64,000 bases of DNA, from the NCBI GenBank assembly GCA_963813815.1, contig CAWFAD010000012.1:32001-96000 (forward strand). Reading direction: 5' to 3'. This DNA comes from an uncultured bacterium. Lineage in GTDB: Bacteria > Krumholzibacteriota > Krumholzibacteriia > Krumholzibacteriales > Krumholzibacteriaceae. Numbering within the stretch: the first letter of the stretch is position 1; the number at the start of each line of letters is the position of its first letter. Positions 51,401-59,825 of this stretch are shown one piece after another. The translations under genes and the position numbers were made by a program. The notes beneath the pieces were generated by a model, which saw only the letters and a list, made by a program, of their open reading frames with translations, ran no database searches and was not told where the DNA came from.

Positions 51401-51495
51401 ACGACCGTGGCGGCGCTGTGGCGAGCGGCATCTACTTCTACAAGATGGAGACCAAGGACTTCAGCCAGACGAAGAAGATGGTCATGCTGCGGTAG
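48421..51495 (+). CDS. Large secreted Cys-rich protein with C-terminal FlgD-Ig/T9SS-type sorting domain
   Basis: Signal peptide MKKVLALVIGVGLIALLIGSVAA; jelly-roll-like SEPGYDY/RFHFTADGAWSDQDG; C-terminal LAQNFPNPFNPST...IYNVAGQLVRTL...WDG...SGIYFY...KKMVMLR. Confidence 0.85.
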   Translation: MKKVLALVIGVGLIALLIGSVAAREIANPGKRPVRDWSSDESLDLVDPGLRGLYETAAADTYCMVWYTFETNNWMGWTPIDNTAQVDTFFHVDDFAGLGTSWTPLEGLKSMWCGAEEDLDDPYMCSWEYAPGYGNYWNQMLTSDPFAFQGTISFTYTIRWDSEPGYDYTRIEYDAGGGSWVELAEFDDLGDSTGTVLVYTTQARTKLRFHFTADGAWSDQDGLWNTNGACVVDALRIQDAATLNLYENFETAAVDAKDAGIWHARPETPYGSFAGLYTGLTDKDPCGDNFGTQVVFFVGSSEISTSYPGLFDTPFCTGPGGTSAPCQDEGIVSPIIDMTMYSTLCNNVQDGTIPSTDLNLLGGAILRFTSYRDLPLSNLVFYTWSVRSIIDGCPGQWVDDNFVYYGADMDYIYGGAGDVSKFIGGNDPVQIRIGCTDMCDAWYNTYGNCAAHTPSPWVDNVRLYRYKTAGPQWGSRDLDFFQDNFPEAEYNIESYVRCDAANDIFAGDNPVIHPGDSLVVDCTSIIADGLKEDNTFGGASVYINVRASYIGPAPTKPALSGAALAGSVLVNDDPETYVNFNYVSTSGAWTKIQCDTARTGAGIVDGKYMVDLNDELFTRGYKIDYYFTATDKKNVTSAYPRYSRSGPPYFEWTCLPTLNTDVLFVDDGYVELYWLPVFDAVLALPDAKIDIYDVNAPSSGVSNGPGSRAKNYQLRSTYETIVWDCGAYESVTISEGTAHSDKSNDCQMLVDWMSLSEHQCGLWVCGDDIAFDLDGAAGGSALLLMSSWCGVDYVATSYFEETGGRLSGGVVTPLLTGNTDSGIFVHSGVPDKLYASGACFIINQFDCLEKTAGGKYALSYPAYLGTNYYGAISKATTNTSGFPVRTMWFGFSYAFVRDDVNTAPMDKFEIANDVLVWMQNETNLVISGNETPSAYALAQNFPNPFNPSTTIRIDMREKGFVTLKIYNVAGQLVRTLVDGVKDAGSYNIAWDGMNDRGGAVASGIYFYKMETKDFSQTKKMVMLR

Positions 51496-51521
51496 CGGCA
51501 GACTCCGGCCATCGATACGCA

Positions 51522-51558
51522 TGAAAACGGCAGCCCATTCACTGGGCTGCCGTTTTCA
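51522..51558. terminator. Bidirectional terminator between convergent genes
   Basis: Perfect 16-bp stem TGAAAACGGCAGCCCA/TGGGCTGCCGTTTTCA, 5-nt loop. Confidence 0.8.
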
Positions 51559-53914
51559 CATCCGCTTCTGCTCCGGGGAAACCGATGCGGCTCAAAATCT
51601 CCCACCAGCGCGGATCGGAACGCAGGCTGTCGAAGTACGGCTCGCTGTTCATGGACATTATTTGTATTGAGCGCGCCTGCAACGACTTTCTCAGGCAGGC
51701 AAATGCATTATCCCTATCGCCGAGCCCTGCGTACACCATGGCGGCTCCGTAAGGGTCGACGAACGCCTCCGCGGACTCCTTCTCGTACTCACGGAGCTCA
51801 CGGCGCGCGATCTCGCGCTTCCCGGCGACGGCGTACACGAATCCCGTCTGGCCGTCGAAACGGCCGGAGTATTTCGTCTCCAGAGTGTCGCATTGGGCCA
51901 ATGCCTCGTCGAACTTTCCCTGCGCCGCAAGGCTCGTGGCGAGAAATATTCGCGAGACGTCGGCCAGCGTCGCCTTCGGCTCCATGGCGATATGCCGCCG
52001 CAGAGTGGCGTTGGCGTCGTCGTATCGTTTCGCATAAAAATACGTCCATCCGAGAAAGCTGATCGAATAGGCGGAAGATGCGTCGAGCTCGCACTGACGC
52101 TGCGCGAGATCGAGAGCCTCGTCGGTTCTCAACGCGGCCGCGAGATAGAGGATATAGTTTTTGAGCACCGGGATACTGCTTGGATTGAGCTCCAGGGCCC
52201 GTTTGTATTCGGCGTCCGCCGTCGACCAATTCCATTCGAAGAGGAATTTCGCGAGGGCGAGCGCCCCATGCGCTTCCGCGGACCGCCCGTCGAGCTGCAC
52301 CGCTTTCTCCGCCGCGCGCAGGGCGTCGGTCGCGATCTCCCCCGGCGCGGCCTGTCCGTAGACGCATAGCATGCTGAGCGCATCGGCAAGCCCGGCGTTC
52401 GCGGGAGCGAAAGCAGGATCTATCTCGATTGCCCGTTGAAACAGATCCGCGGCGGCGCGGTTCTTGGCACCGAGCAGCTCCGCGATTCCCCTCAAGTAAG
52501 CTTCCATGGCCTCGGGATCGGAGGATCCGACGCCTGCAAGAATTTGCCGCTGCTCCGGCGTGAGCTTCGCCTTGATCTCGCGGGCGATCGATTCGGCTAT
52601 TTCGTTCATCACGATCAGCGCGTCCTGCAGATCCCGGCGATAGCTGTTCTGCCAGATCACCCGGTCCCGTTGAGCGCTGTAGAGCTTCGCCGTTATGACC
52701 ATCCTCCTTCCATCGACGGTCAGCTCCGCCTCGACGAGTCCCTTCGCTTTGCTTTTTCTGCCGATTTCCTTGAGAGACTCGGCGCTTGCTTCGAATCGCC
52801 TCATGGTTCGATTCGAAATGACATTTACGCCGATCGATCCGAGGCTCACCGCGAGGCGATCGGTGAGACTGGCAGCCAGAAACGCCTTGTCGGGATCCTC
52901 CGAGCGATACTCGATGGGCAGCACGCCGATCGAATCTATCCTTTCGACCTTCGGGGCGAGGAGCGCGAGGCTACCCACTATGATCCCCGAGATGACAACC
53001 GCAGCCGCCGCGATGACCGCCGCGCGCTGCCAGGGACGGGCGCGGCGCCAGACTCGCTTGAGCCCTTTCGCGGGCGCAGCCTTCCCGGCGGGAAGCGCCT
53101 CCCGGTCTTTGGCCAGCGCATCGAGGTCGGCAACGAGCTCCTCCGCCTTCTGATACCTCCGCGCCGGGTCCCTCGCCAGCGCCTTGGCGACGATCCCATC
53201 GAGACCGGCGGGGATATCTCCGCCCTCTTTCGCAAGCGACGGCGCATCCTCGTTCAGAATCGAATACAGCAGCGCCGCTTCGTAGTCCGCCCCAAACGGC
53301 ATCCGCCCCGACACCATCTCGTACAGCACCACGCCCAACGCCCAGATGTCGCTTCGATGATCCGCCTCCCTCCCCTGCACCTGCTCCGGCGACATATAGG
53401 CCACCGTCCCCATCGTCGTCCCCGTCCGCGTGAGCTTCGTCGCGCCCGAGACCTTCGCCAAACCAAAGTCCATGAGCATCGGCCTGCCCTCGGCCGTCAG
53501 CATCACGTTCGCGGGCTTGATGTCTCGGTGAACGATGCCTTTGGCGTGGGCAGCGGCGAGGCCATCCCCGATCTGCCGGGCGATCGAGAGCGCCTCATCG
53601 AGGGGGAGCGCGCCTTCACCGATACGATCCTTGAGGCTCCGCCCCTCGATGTGAGCCATAGCAATGAATGTCCGGCCTTCCGCCTCGGCGATCTCGTAGA
53701 CGGGGCAAATGTTGGGGTGAAGGAGCGCCGCGGCCGCCCGGGCCTCGTGCACGAGCCGGGCGCGGTCTTCATCGCGAGCTATAGAGTCAGGAGGAAGAAA
53801 CTTGAGCGCCACGGTCCGGCCGAGGGTGAGATCTTCCGCCCGATAGACCACGCCCATCCCCCCCTCGCCGAGCTTCGAGAGAACGCGATAGTGTCCTATG
53901 GTCCGCCCGATCAT
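51539..53914 (-). CDS. Membrane Ser/Thr protein kinase with TolB-like and TPR C-terminal region (copy 1)
   Basis: GEGGMG, VALK, HRDIKPAN, DFG, YMSPEQ; TM; SIGVLP; TPRs. Confidence 0.93.
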   Translation of the reverse strand: MIGRTIGHYRVLSKLGEGGMGVVYRAEDLTLGRTVALKFLPPDSIARDEDRARLVHEARAAAALLHPNICPVYEIAEAEGRTFIAMAHIEGRSLKDRIGEGALPLDEALSIARQIGDGLAAAHAKGIVHRDIKPANVMLTAEGRPMLMDFGLAKVSGATKLTRTGTTMGTVAYMSPEQVQGREADHRSDIWALGVVLYEMVSGRMPFGADYEAALLYSILNEDAPSLAKEGGDIPAGLDGIVAKALARDPARRYQKAEELVADLDALAKDREALPAGKAAPAKGLKRVWRRARPWQRAAVIAAAAVVISGIIVGSLALLAPKVERIDSIGVLPIEYRSEDPDKAFLAASLTDRLAVSLGSIGVNVISNRTMRRFEASAESLKEIGRKSKAKGLVEAELTVDGRRMVITAKLYSAQRDRVIWQNSYRRDLQDALIVMNEIAESIAREIKAKLTPEQRQILAGVGSSDPEAMEAYLRGIAELLGAKNRAAADLFQRAIEIDPAFAPANAGLADALSMLCVYGQAAPGEIATDALRAAEKAVQLDGRSAEAHGALALAKFLFEWNWSTADAEYKRALELNPSSIPVLKNYILYLAAALRTDEALDLAQRQCELDASSAYSISFLGWTYFYAKRYDDANATLRRHIAMEPKATLADVSRIFLATSLAAQGKFDEALAQCDTLETKYSGRFDGQTGFVYAVAGKREIARRELREYEKESAEAFVDPYGAAMVYAGLGDRDNAFACLRKSLQARSIQIMSMNSEPYFDSLRSDPRWWEILSRIGFPGAEADVKTAAQ

Positions 53915-53950
53915 TTCGCTTGTCCCGCGGCAGAGTGATCGATCGCCCTT

Positions 53951-56377
53951 CTACTGTTCCATAATGCCGGCTCTCGCCAGCAACCCTTTGTAGCGCGGAT
54001 CTCTTTTGAGGAAGACGAGCCAGGGCGTATTGATTCGCCTCGCAAGATCACGAGGACGATCTGCGTATTCTATCTCGAGAGATGTATACGCTTCAGTGAT
54101 CCTTCCGAGACAGCAATATGCGAATGCCTTTTTGCCGGCAACCTTCTCATGGGCGAGCGCCGATTCTACGTGCGCTCCCTCGCCGAGCCAATAGGAGGCG
54201 GCAGCGAGCGTCGATGGACTCCAGTAGCCTCGCGGCGCCAGAGCGACCACCTCGCGGAAGCATTTCCTCGCCTGGACCGTATCGCCGACATTCACGTACC
54301 AGGCTGCCAGAAGGGCCCTGTGATTTTCGTTTACTGCGGCCGCTATCTCAACATCTCTGAGAGCCTCGCGATACCTGCCTCTTGTCGCGTACACCGAGCT
54401 CCGATAGAGGCGGCTGTACACCTCGGCGCTGTCTTCCGCGATCGCCCGGGTCAGGTAGACGATCGCGCTGTCCATCATGAAGCAATCGAGAAATATGATC
54501 CCGACGCCGCCCGCATACCCGGTGTTCAAGGGATCAAGCATCTGCGCGAGCTTCGCTTCGCTCACCGCCTTGTCGCAATCGCCCTCCATCGAGAGGAAAA
54601 ACGCATAGCTGTTGTGAAACGCCGCCAGGTTCGGATCGAGAGCGAACGTCCGCTGGAAAAGCTCTTCCGCTGCCGCGGAATCGGCCTCGAAGGAATACTT
54701 GTAATCGGCGAGAGCTCCGAGCGCCTCGGGCAGGTTCGGATCGAGCGCGAGCGCGCGGTCGATGTTGAGCTTCGCCTTGGGAACGGCCTCCTCGGCCGGG
54801 AGGATATCAACCCAGGCATAGACGCTGTAGGCGAATGCGAGCCCGGCATATGCCTCGGCGAACGTGGAATCGATCGCGACCGCTCTTTCGAGATACTCTA
54901 TCGCCTTCGATGCACTGTCGACATCCGTCCTGGAACGATAACCCATTCCCAACAGGTAGGCTTGCATGGCTTTGGGATTCACGGGGCGCCTCGCCGCAAG
55001 CGATGCCCGGCTTCCCGCTCGCATCTCGACGCCAAGCGCAGTCGCCACCTCACGCGCCACTTCATCGAGACGCTGGTGCAGATTTTGCATGTCACAGCTG
55101 AGGGTGCGAGCGTAAAGCTGCCTATCCTTCGCTGCTTCGTAAACCTGGATGCTCAGCCGCACGGCGTTCCCCGAAAATATGCACGAGCCCGTGATCAACG
55201 CTCTTGCATCCACCTTCCGGGAAATCTTGTCCATCGGCAGGTCGCTCCCCTTGAATTCCATCATCGTCTGCGGTGATCGAATCTGAACTCCTTCGAGGGA
55301 TCCGAGCGCGCCTGAGAGAACGATTTCGAGCCCATTGATCATTTCATCCTTCGATAAATCTCCCGTGAGGTTCTTGAGGGGCAGGATGCCGATCGAGTCG
55401 ATCGACTCCGCCCCCGGCGATGATATCTTCATAATCCCGAAGGCGAGGGCCCCCGCGACGATGCAGAGCGCGCCGATAACGGCCGCCCTCTGCCATGGCC
55501 GCGACCGGCGCCAGACTCGCTTGAGCCCTTTCGCGGGCGCAGCCTTCCCGGCGGGAAGCGCCTCCCGGTCTTTGGCCAGCGCATCGAGATCCGCAACAAG
55601 CTCCTCCGCCTTCTGATACCTCCGCACCGGGTCCTTCGCGAGCGCCTTGGCGATGATCCCATCGAGGCCGGCAGGAATGTCTCCGCCCTCCACCGCAAGC
55701 GGCTCCGGATCCTCGTTCAATATCGAATACAGCAGCGCCGCCTCGTAGTCCGCCCCGAACGGCATCCGCCCCGACACCATCTCGTACAGCGCCACGCCCA
55801 ACGCCCAGATGTCGCTTCGATGATCCGCCTCCCTCCCCTGTACCTGCTCCGGCGACATATAGGCCACCGTCCCCATCGTCGTCCCCGTCCGCGTGAGCTT
55901 CGTCGCTCCGGAGACCTTCGCCAAACCGAAGTCCATGAGCATCGGCCGGCCATCGGCCGTCAGCATCACGTTCGCAGGCTTGATGTCGCGGTGCACGATC
56001 CCCTTGGCGTGGGCGGCGGCGAGCGCGTCGGCCGTCTGTCGGGCGATCGAGAGTGCTTCGTCGAGCGGCATCGGACCCTCGGCGATGCGATCCTTGAGGC
56101 TCCGCCCCTCGATGTGGGCCATCGAAATGAACGTGCGCCCATCCGCTTCAGCTATCTCGTGAATCGGGCAGATGTTCGGATGAAGAAGCGCCGCGGCGGC
56201 CCTCGCCTCGTGCACGAGGCGGGCGCGGTCTTCCTCTCGGGCCACCGAATCAGGCGGGAGAAACTTGAGCGCCACGGTCCGACCGAGGGTGAGGTCCTCG
56301 GCCCGGTAGACCACGCCCATCCCCCCCTCGCCGAGCTTCGAGAGAATGCGATAGTGGGAGATCTTCTGTCCGATCAT
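53951..56377 (-). CDS. Membrane Ser/Thr protein kinase with TolB-like and TPR C-terminal region (copy 2)
   Basis: Same kinase motifs; TM; SIGILPLKNL; TPRs; start MIGQKISHY. Confidence 0.93.
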   Translation of the reverse strand: MIGQKISHYRILSKLGEGGMGVVYRAEDLTLGRTVALKFLPPDSVAREEDRARLVHEARAAAALLHPNICPIHEIAEADGRTFISMAHIEGRSLKDRIAEGPMPLDEALSIARQTADALAAAHAKGIVHRDIKPANVMLTADGRPMLMDFGLAKVSGATKLTRTGTTMGTVAYMSPEQVQGREADHRSDIWALGVALYEMVSGRMPFGADYEAALLYSILNEDPEPLAVEGGDIPAGLDGIIAKALAKDPVRRYQKAEELVADLDALAKDREALPAGKAAPAKGLKRVWRRSRPWQRAAVIGALCIVAGALAFGIMKISSPGAESIDSIGILPLKNLTGDLSKDEMINGLEIVLSGALGSLEGVQIRSPQTMMEFKGSDLPMDKISRKVDARALITGSCIFSGNAVRLSIQVYEAAKDRQLYARTLSCDMQNLHQRLDEVAREVATALGVEMRAGSRASLAARRPVNPKAMQAYLLGMGYRSRTDVDSASKAIEYLERAVAIDSTFAEAYAGLAFAYSVYAWVDILPAEEAVPKAKLNIDRALALDPNLPEALGALADYKYSFEADSAAAEELFQRTFALDPNLAAFHNSYAFFLSMEGDCDKAVSEAKLAQMLDPLNTGYAGGVGIIFLDCFMMDSAIVYLTRAIAEDSAEVYSRLYRSSVYATRGRYREALRDVEIAAAVNENHRALLAAWYVNVGDTVQARKCFREVVALAPRGYWSPSTLAAASYWLGEGAHVESALAHEKVAGKKAFAYCCLGRITEAYTSLEIEYADRPRDLARRINTPWLVFLKRDPRYKGLLARAGIMEQ

Positions 56378-56388
56378 TCCAAGCGCCT

Positions 56389-59262
56389 TTAGAGCTCGGC
56401 CACCCTCTTCTTCGCATCGATGAGCTGCGGCCGGTCCCCATCCGCTTCGGACCACATCTCGAGGAACCTGGCGTATTCCTTTTTCGCCTCCGCCGGACGT
56501 TTCATCTCTTCGTAGAGCTTGCCGAGCTCGTAGTGCGACAGAGCGTGCCCGCCGTAGATCCGCAACAATTCCTTGTGCACTTTCGCGGCCTCATCGAAAC
56601 GTCTCTGCATCGCGTAAACGCGCGCCCGCGCGGTTCGGTAATCGATATCGATGTATCCTCCGAATGGAATGCCTCCCCGCTGAAGCTGGTCGAGGAACTT
56701 TAGGGCTGTTTTAGGATCGTGGTCCGCCAGCGCGGCGTAGGCCTCGATCTCGAGCGCATCGTATTGAGCAATTCCACCTTGTTTGCCGGTTTGGCCGGCG
56801 AGATTTTTCGCCGCCTCTCGCGCTCCCTTCACATCGCCGAGCATGGCCAGAGCCCTGCCGAGTGGCCGAGGGTAATCGTTCATCGTGTCGGACGACGCCC
56901 ATTGCCGATACAGGTCGCAAACCTCCTGAGGCCGCTCCATGGCGATCAGCATGCGAAACTCGGGCATGTCCATATCGGGCAAAACGGTGTATTCCCGAAT
57001 CAAGTCGCGGGCCTTTCGATATTGGCCCTTTTCAACGTAAAGGGACGCGAGACACATATCGAAAGGACTCAGAACGATCAGTTCCCATCGTCTGCGCGGA
57101 CCAATATTGCTCTGGCCGAGGATCTCTTCGAGAATATGGATTGCTTCAGCTACGTCGCCTCGCTGATACGCGCAGTAGCTCAAAACCGCACGGTTCCACT
57201 TGGGATCCAGCTCCAGGGCCTTTTGAAACGCCGCTTCTGCGCTATCCGGCTTCCCGAGGGCGAGATATCTACGCCCCAGCTCATCCCAGTTATTCGGAAC
57301 TTCCGGATGTCGTTCCGCCAGCAATCGCGTCGCCCGTAGCGCTTCCTCCGTTCGCCCCATGCACACAAGCGAAGATACGTACATAGGACCTCCGAAAATC
57401 GGATCATCCGGATACAGGCGCAATCCCGTTTCGCAAACCGCCAGCGCTTCGCCGAATTCCCAAACCATAAACATGTCTGTGAACATATCCCGCATGACTT
57501 GGCGATAATCAGGCCAACGAGCGAGAAGCCTCCGGTACGCTGCAATAATGGCCGTATGCGAGGTCTCGCGCCAGGCTTCCAGCCTCATCCGATCCTTCAC
57601 GCCAAGATTTTCCCTCAGCATCCACGCTTTATCCGAATATTCCTTGGACTTTCCCCTTGTGGTGGGCGAAATACCCCCGAACATTTGGTAGGCGTTTGCG
57701 AGCTCCATATATGCCAGGGCAAACGTCGAATCCTCTGTGACAGCTTTCTCCAACTCAGCGATCGCATCATCTCCACGGTACTCTTCGCACGCGAGCAAAC
57801 CAGATATATAGTGCTGGTAGGCTCTCAGAGAATTAGTCGTGATACTCTCCACCGGCTTCGGCGCGATGGTCGCCTTGACCCCGCAGGCGCTCGCAATCCG
57901 CGGAATCGCCTTCGCGATGATCTCATCCGCTATACCCTGAAGTCCCGATCCCTCCGCATCTCCCGCGCCGACGTTCTGCCCGTTTCGTACATCGACCAGC
58001 CTCCAGCTCACGATTCGATTCGGTCCCGTCCGCCCGATCTTGGCAACGAGGAAGAGCGTCGCCTTGACCTGCCGGGCGAGGTCGAATATCTGGCTGTCAT
58101 CGATCGCGCCCCGGGGGGAGCCGTAGAGACGGCGGCGAAAATCGTGGATCAGCTCGGAGCTTATCACCCGGATGACATCCGCCTCCGTAAGACTGGTGCT
58201 CACGAGCTCGGTGAGGGCCGCCGATGTGATGAGACTGTCGGGAGCATCGATGTCCCGAAAATCCATTACCGCTATCGAAAACGAAGCGGCTTCGGGCTCC
58301 CCGTGCCGCATCTGGACTATCGACAGTGCGGCAATGGCTCCCATGACTATGAGCGATGCGACCGCCGCCGCGCGCTGCCAGGGCCGGGCGCGGCGCCAGA
58401 CCCGCTTGAGCCCCTTCGCGGGGATCGCCTTGCCCGCGGGCAGCGCTTCACTGTCCCGCGCCAGGGCCTCAAGATCCGCAACAAGCTCCTCGGCCTTCTG
58501 GTATCTCCTCGCCGGATCCTTCGCCAATGCCTTCGCGATGATCCCGTCAAGGCCGGCGGGGATGTCGCTCCCCTCTCCCGCAAGGGGCGCGGGATCTTCG
58601 TTCAATATCGAGTACAGCAGCGCCGCCTCGTAGTCCGCCCCGAACGGCAGCTTCCCCGACGTCATCTCGTAGAGCACCACGCCCAACGCCCAGATGTCGC
58701 TCCGGTGATCCGCCTCCCTCCCCTGCACCTGCTCCGGCGACATGTACGCCACCGTCCCCATCGTCGTCCCCGTGCGCGTCAGCTTCGTCGTCCCCGAGAC
58801 CTTCGCCAGCCCGAAGTCCATCAGCATCGGTCGGCCGTCGGTCGTGAGCATGACGTTGGCGGGCTTTATATCCCGGTGGATGATCCCCTTGGCGTGGGCG
58901 GCAGCCAGACCATCTCCTATCTGACGAGCGATCGAGAGCGCCCCATCCAGGGGAAGCGGTCCCTCTGCGACGCGATCCTTGAGGCTCCGCCCCTCGATGT
59001 GGGCCATCGATATGAACGTGCGGCCCTCGGCTTCAGCGATCTCGTAGATGGGGCAAATGTTGGGGTGAAGGAGCGCCGCGGCCGCCCGGGCCTCGTGCAC
59101 GAGCCGGGCGCGGTCTTCCTCGCAAGCCACGGAGTCGGGCGGAAGGAACTTCAGCGCCACCGTCCGGCCGAGGGTGAGATCCTCGGCCCGATAGACCACA
59201 CCCATCCCCCCCTCGCCGAGCTTCGAGAGAATGCGGTAGTGGGAAATCGTATTTCCTATCAT
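56389..59262 (-). CDS. Membrane Ser/Thr protein kinase with TolB-like and long TPR C-terminal region (copy 3)
   Basis: Same kinase motifs; TM; SIAVMDF; TPRs ending FLEMWSEADGD; start MIGNTISHY. Confidence 0.93.
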   Translation of the reverse strand: MIGNTISHYRILSKLGEGGMGVVYRAEDLTLGRTVALKFLPPDSVACEEDRARLVHEARAAAALLHPNICPIYEIAEAEGRTFISMAHIEGRSLKDRVAEGPLPLDGALSIARQIGDGLAAAHAKGIIHRDIKPANVMLTTDGRPMLMDFGLAKVSGTTKLTRTGTTMGTVAYMSPEQVQGREADHRSDIWALGVVLYEMTSGKLPFGADYEAALLYSILNEDPAPLAGEGSDIPAGLDGIIAKALAKDPARRYQKAEELVADLEALARDSEALPAGKAIPAKGLKRVWRRARPWQRAAAVASLIVMGAIAALSIVQMRHGEPEAASFSIAVMDFRDIDAPDSLITSAALTELVSTSLTEADVIRVISSELIHDFRRRLYGSPRGAIDDSQIFDLARQVKATLFLVAKIGRTGPNRIVSWRLVDVRNGQNVGAGDAEGSGLQGIADEIIAKAIPRIASACGVKATIAPKPVESITTNSLRAYQHYISGLLACEEYRGDDAIAELEKAVTEDSTFALAYMELANAYQMFGGISPTTRGKSKEYSDKAWMLRENLGVKDRMRLEAWRETSHTAIIAAYRRLLARWPDYRQVMRDMFTDMFMVWEFGEALAVCETGLRLYPDDPIFGGPMYVSSLVCMGRTEEALRATRLLAERHPEVPNNWDELGRRYLALGKPDSAEAAFQKALELDPKWNRAVLSYCAYQRGDVAEAIHILEEILGQSNIGPRRRWELIVLSPFDMCLASLYVEKGQYRKARDLIREYTVLPDMDMPEFRMLIAMERPQEVCDLYRQWASSDTMNDYPRPLGRALAMLGDVKGAREAAKNLAGQTGKQGGIAQYDALEIEAYAALADHDPKTALKFLDQLQRGGIPFGGYIDIDYRTARARVYAMQRRFDEAAKVHKELLRIYGGHALSHYELGKLYEEMKRPAEAKKEYARFLEMWSEADGDRPQLIDAKKRVAEL

Positions 59263-59334
59263 GCGATAAACCCGAAATGAAAGCCGCTTCACATCGAAAA
59301 AAGCGCTGCCGCCGAAATCGGCCCCCGAGCTCCC

Positions 59335-59667
59335 CTAGGTGTCTCTTCGGGCCGCGTACGCAAACTGCGAAAAGTACCGACGCCAGACGGCATCGGTCGA
59401 CTTGAGCTCGTTTTCTCCGTAAAAATAATCGACGAGCGCTTCTCTCATCCGGGCAATTTCTCTTAGATGCGAGGAACGAATCGGGTATTGCAGCGAAAGA
59501 TCGATCAATTCGAGGGCCCGTTCGATCGCCTTTTCGCTGTACGTGGCGTTTCCCCTCTCCCGCCAGGAAATCGCGCGCTCCACCTCGCTCCCGATGTTCG
59601 CCATGCGCTCGAGAAGCGGCATATCCTTCCATCGTCCCGCGGCCAGATTCTTGTGCTGATAGCTCAT
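59335..59667 (-). CDS. Conserved hypothetical helical protein (110 aa)
   Basis: MSYQHKNLAAGRW...MANIGSEVERA...REIARMREALVDYF; promoter TTGCCA-16-TATAAT ends 6 nt before the ATG. Confidence 0.8.
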   Translation of the reverse strand: MSYQHKNLAAGRWKDMPLLERMANIGSEVERAISWRERGNATYSEKAIERALELIDLSLQYPIRSSHLREIARMREALVDYFYGENELKSTDAVWRRYFSQFAYAARRDT

Positions 59668-59741
59668 TGCACCATTATAAACGAACCTCCCGCACTGGCA
59701 AGACGCATTCTCGTTGGCAGCTCTGGGCCGAGGCAACGAAC

Positions 59742-59773
59742 GAAACGGCAGCCCTGAGGGGAGCTGCCGTTTC
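59742..59773 (-). terminator. Terminator after the malic enzyme gene
   Basis: GAAACGGCAGC...GCTGCCGTTTC hairpin. Confidence 0.7.
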
Positions 59774-59825
59774 CGTGTCGATCACAGGACGCCGCGAGGC
59801 GCTGTCGTCCCGCGGCGAACCGCCG

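Noticed and set aside
51539..59262. Diversity-generating retroelement or integron behind kinase variability
   Set aside because: No reverse transcriptase, no TR/VR pair with adenine-specific differences, no integrase or attC sites seen.
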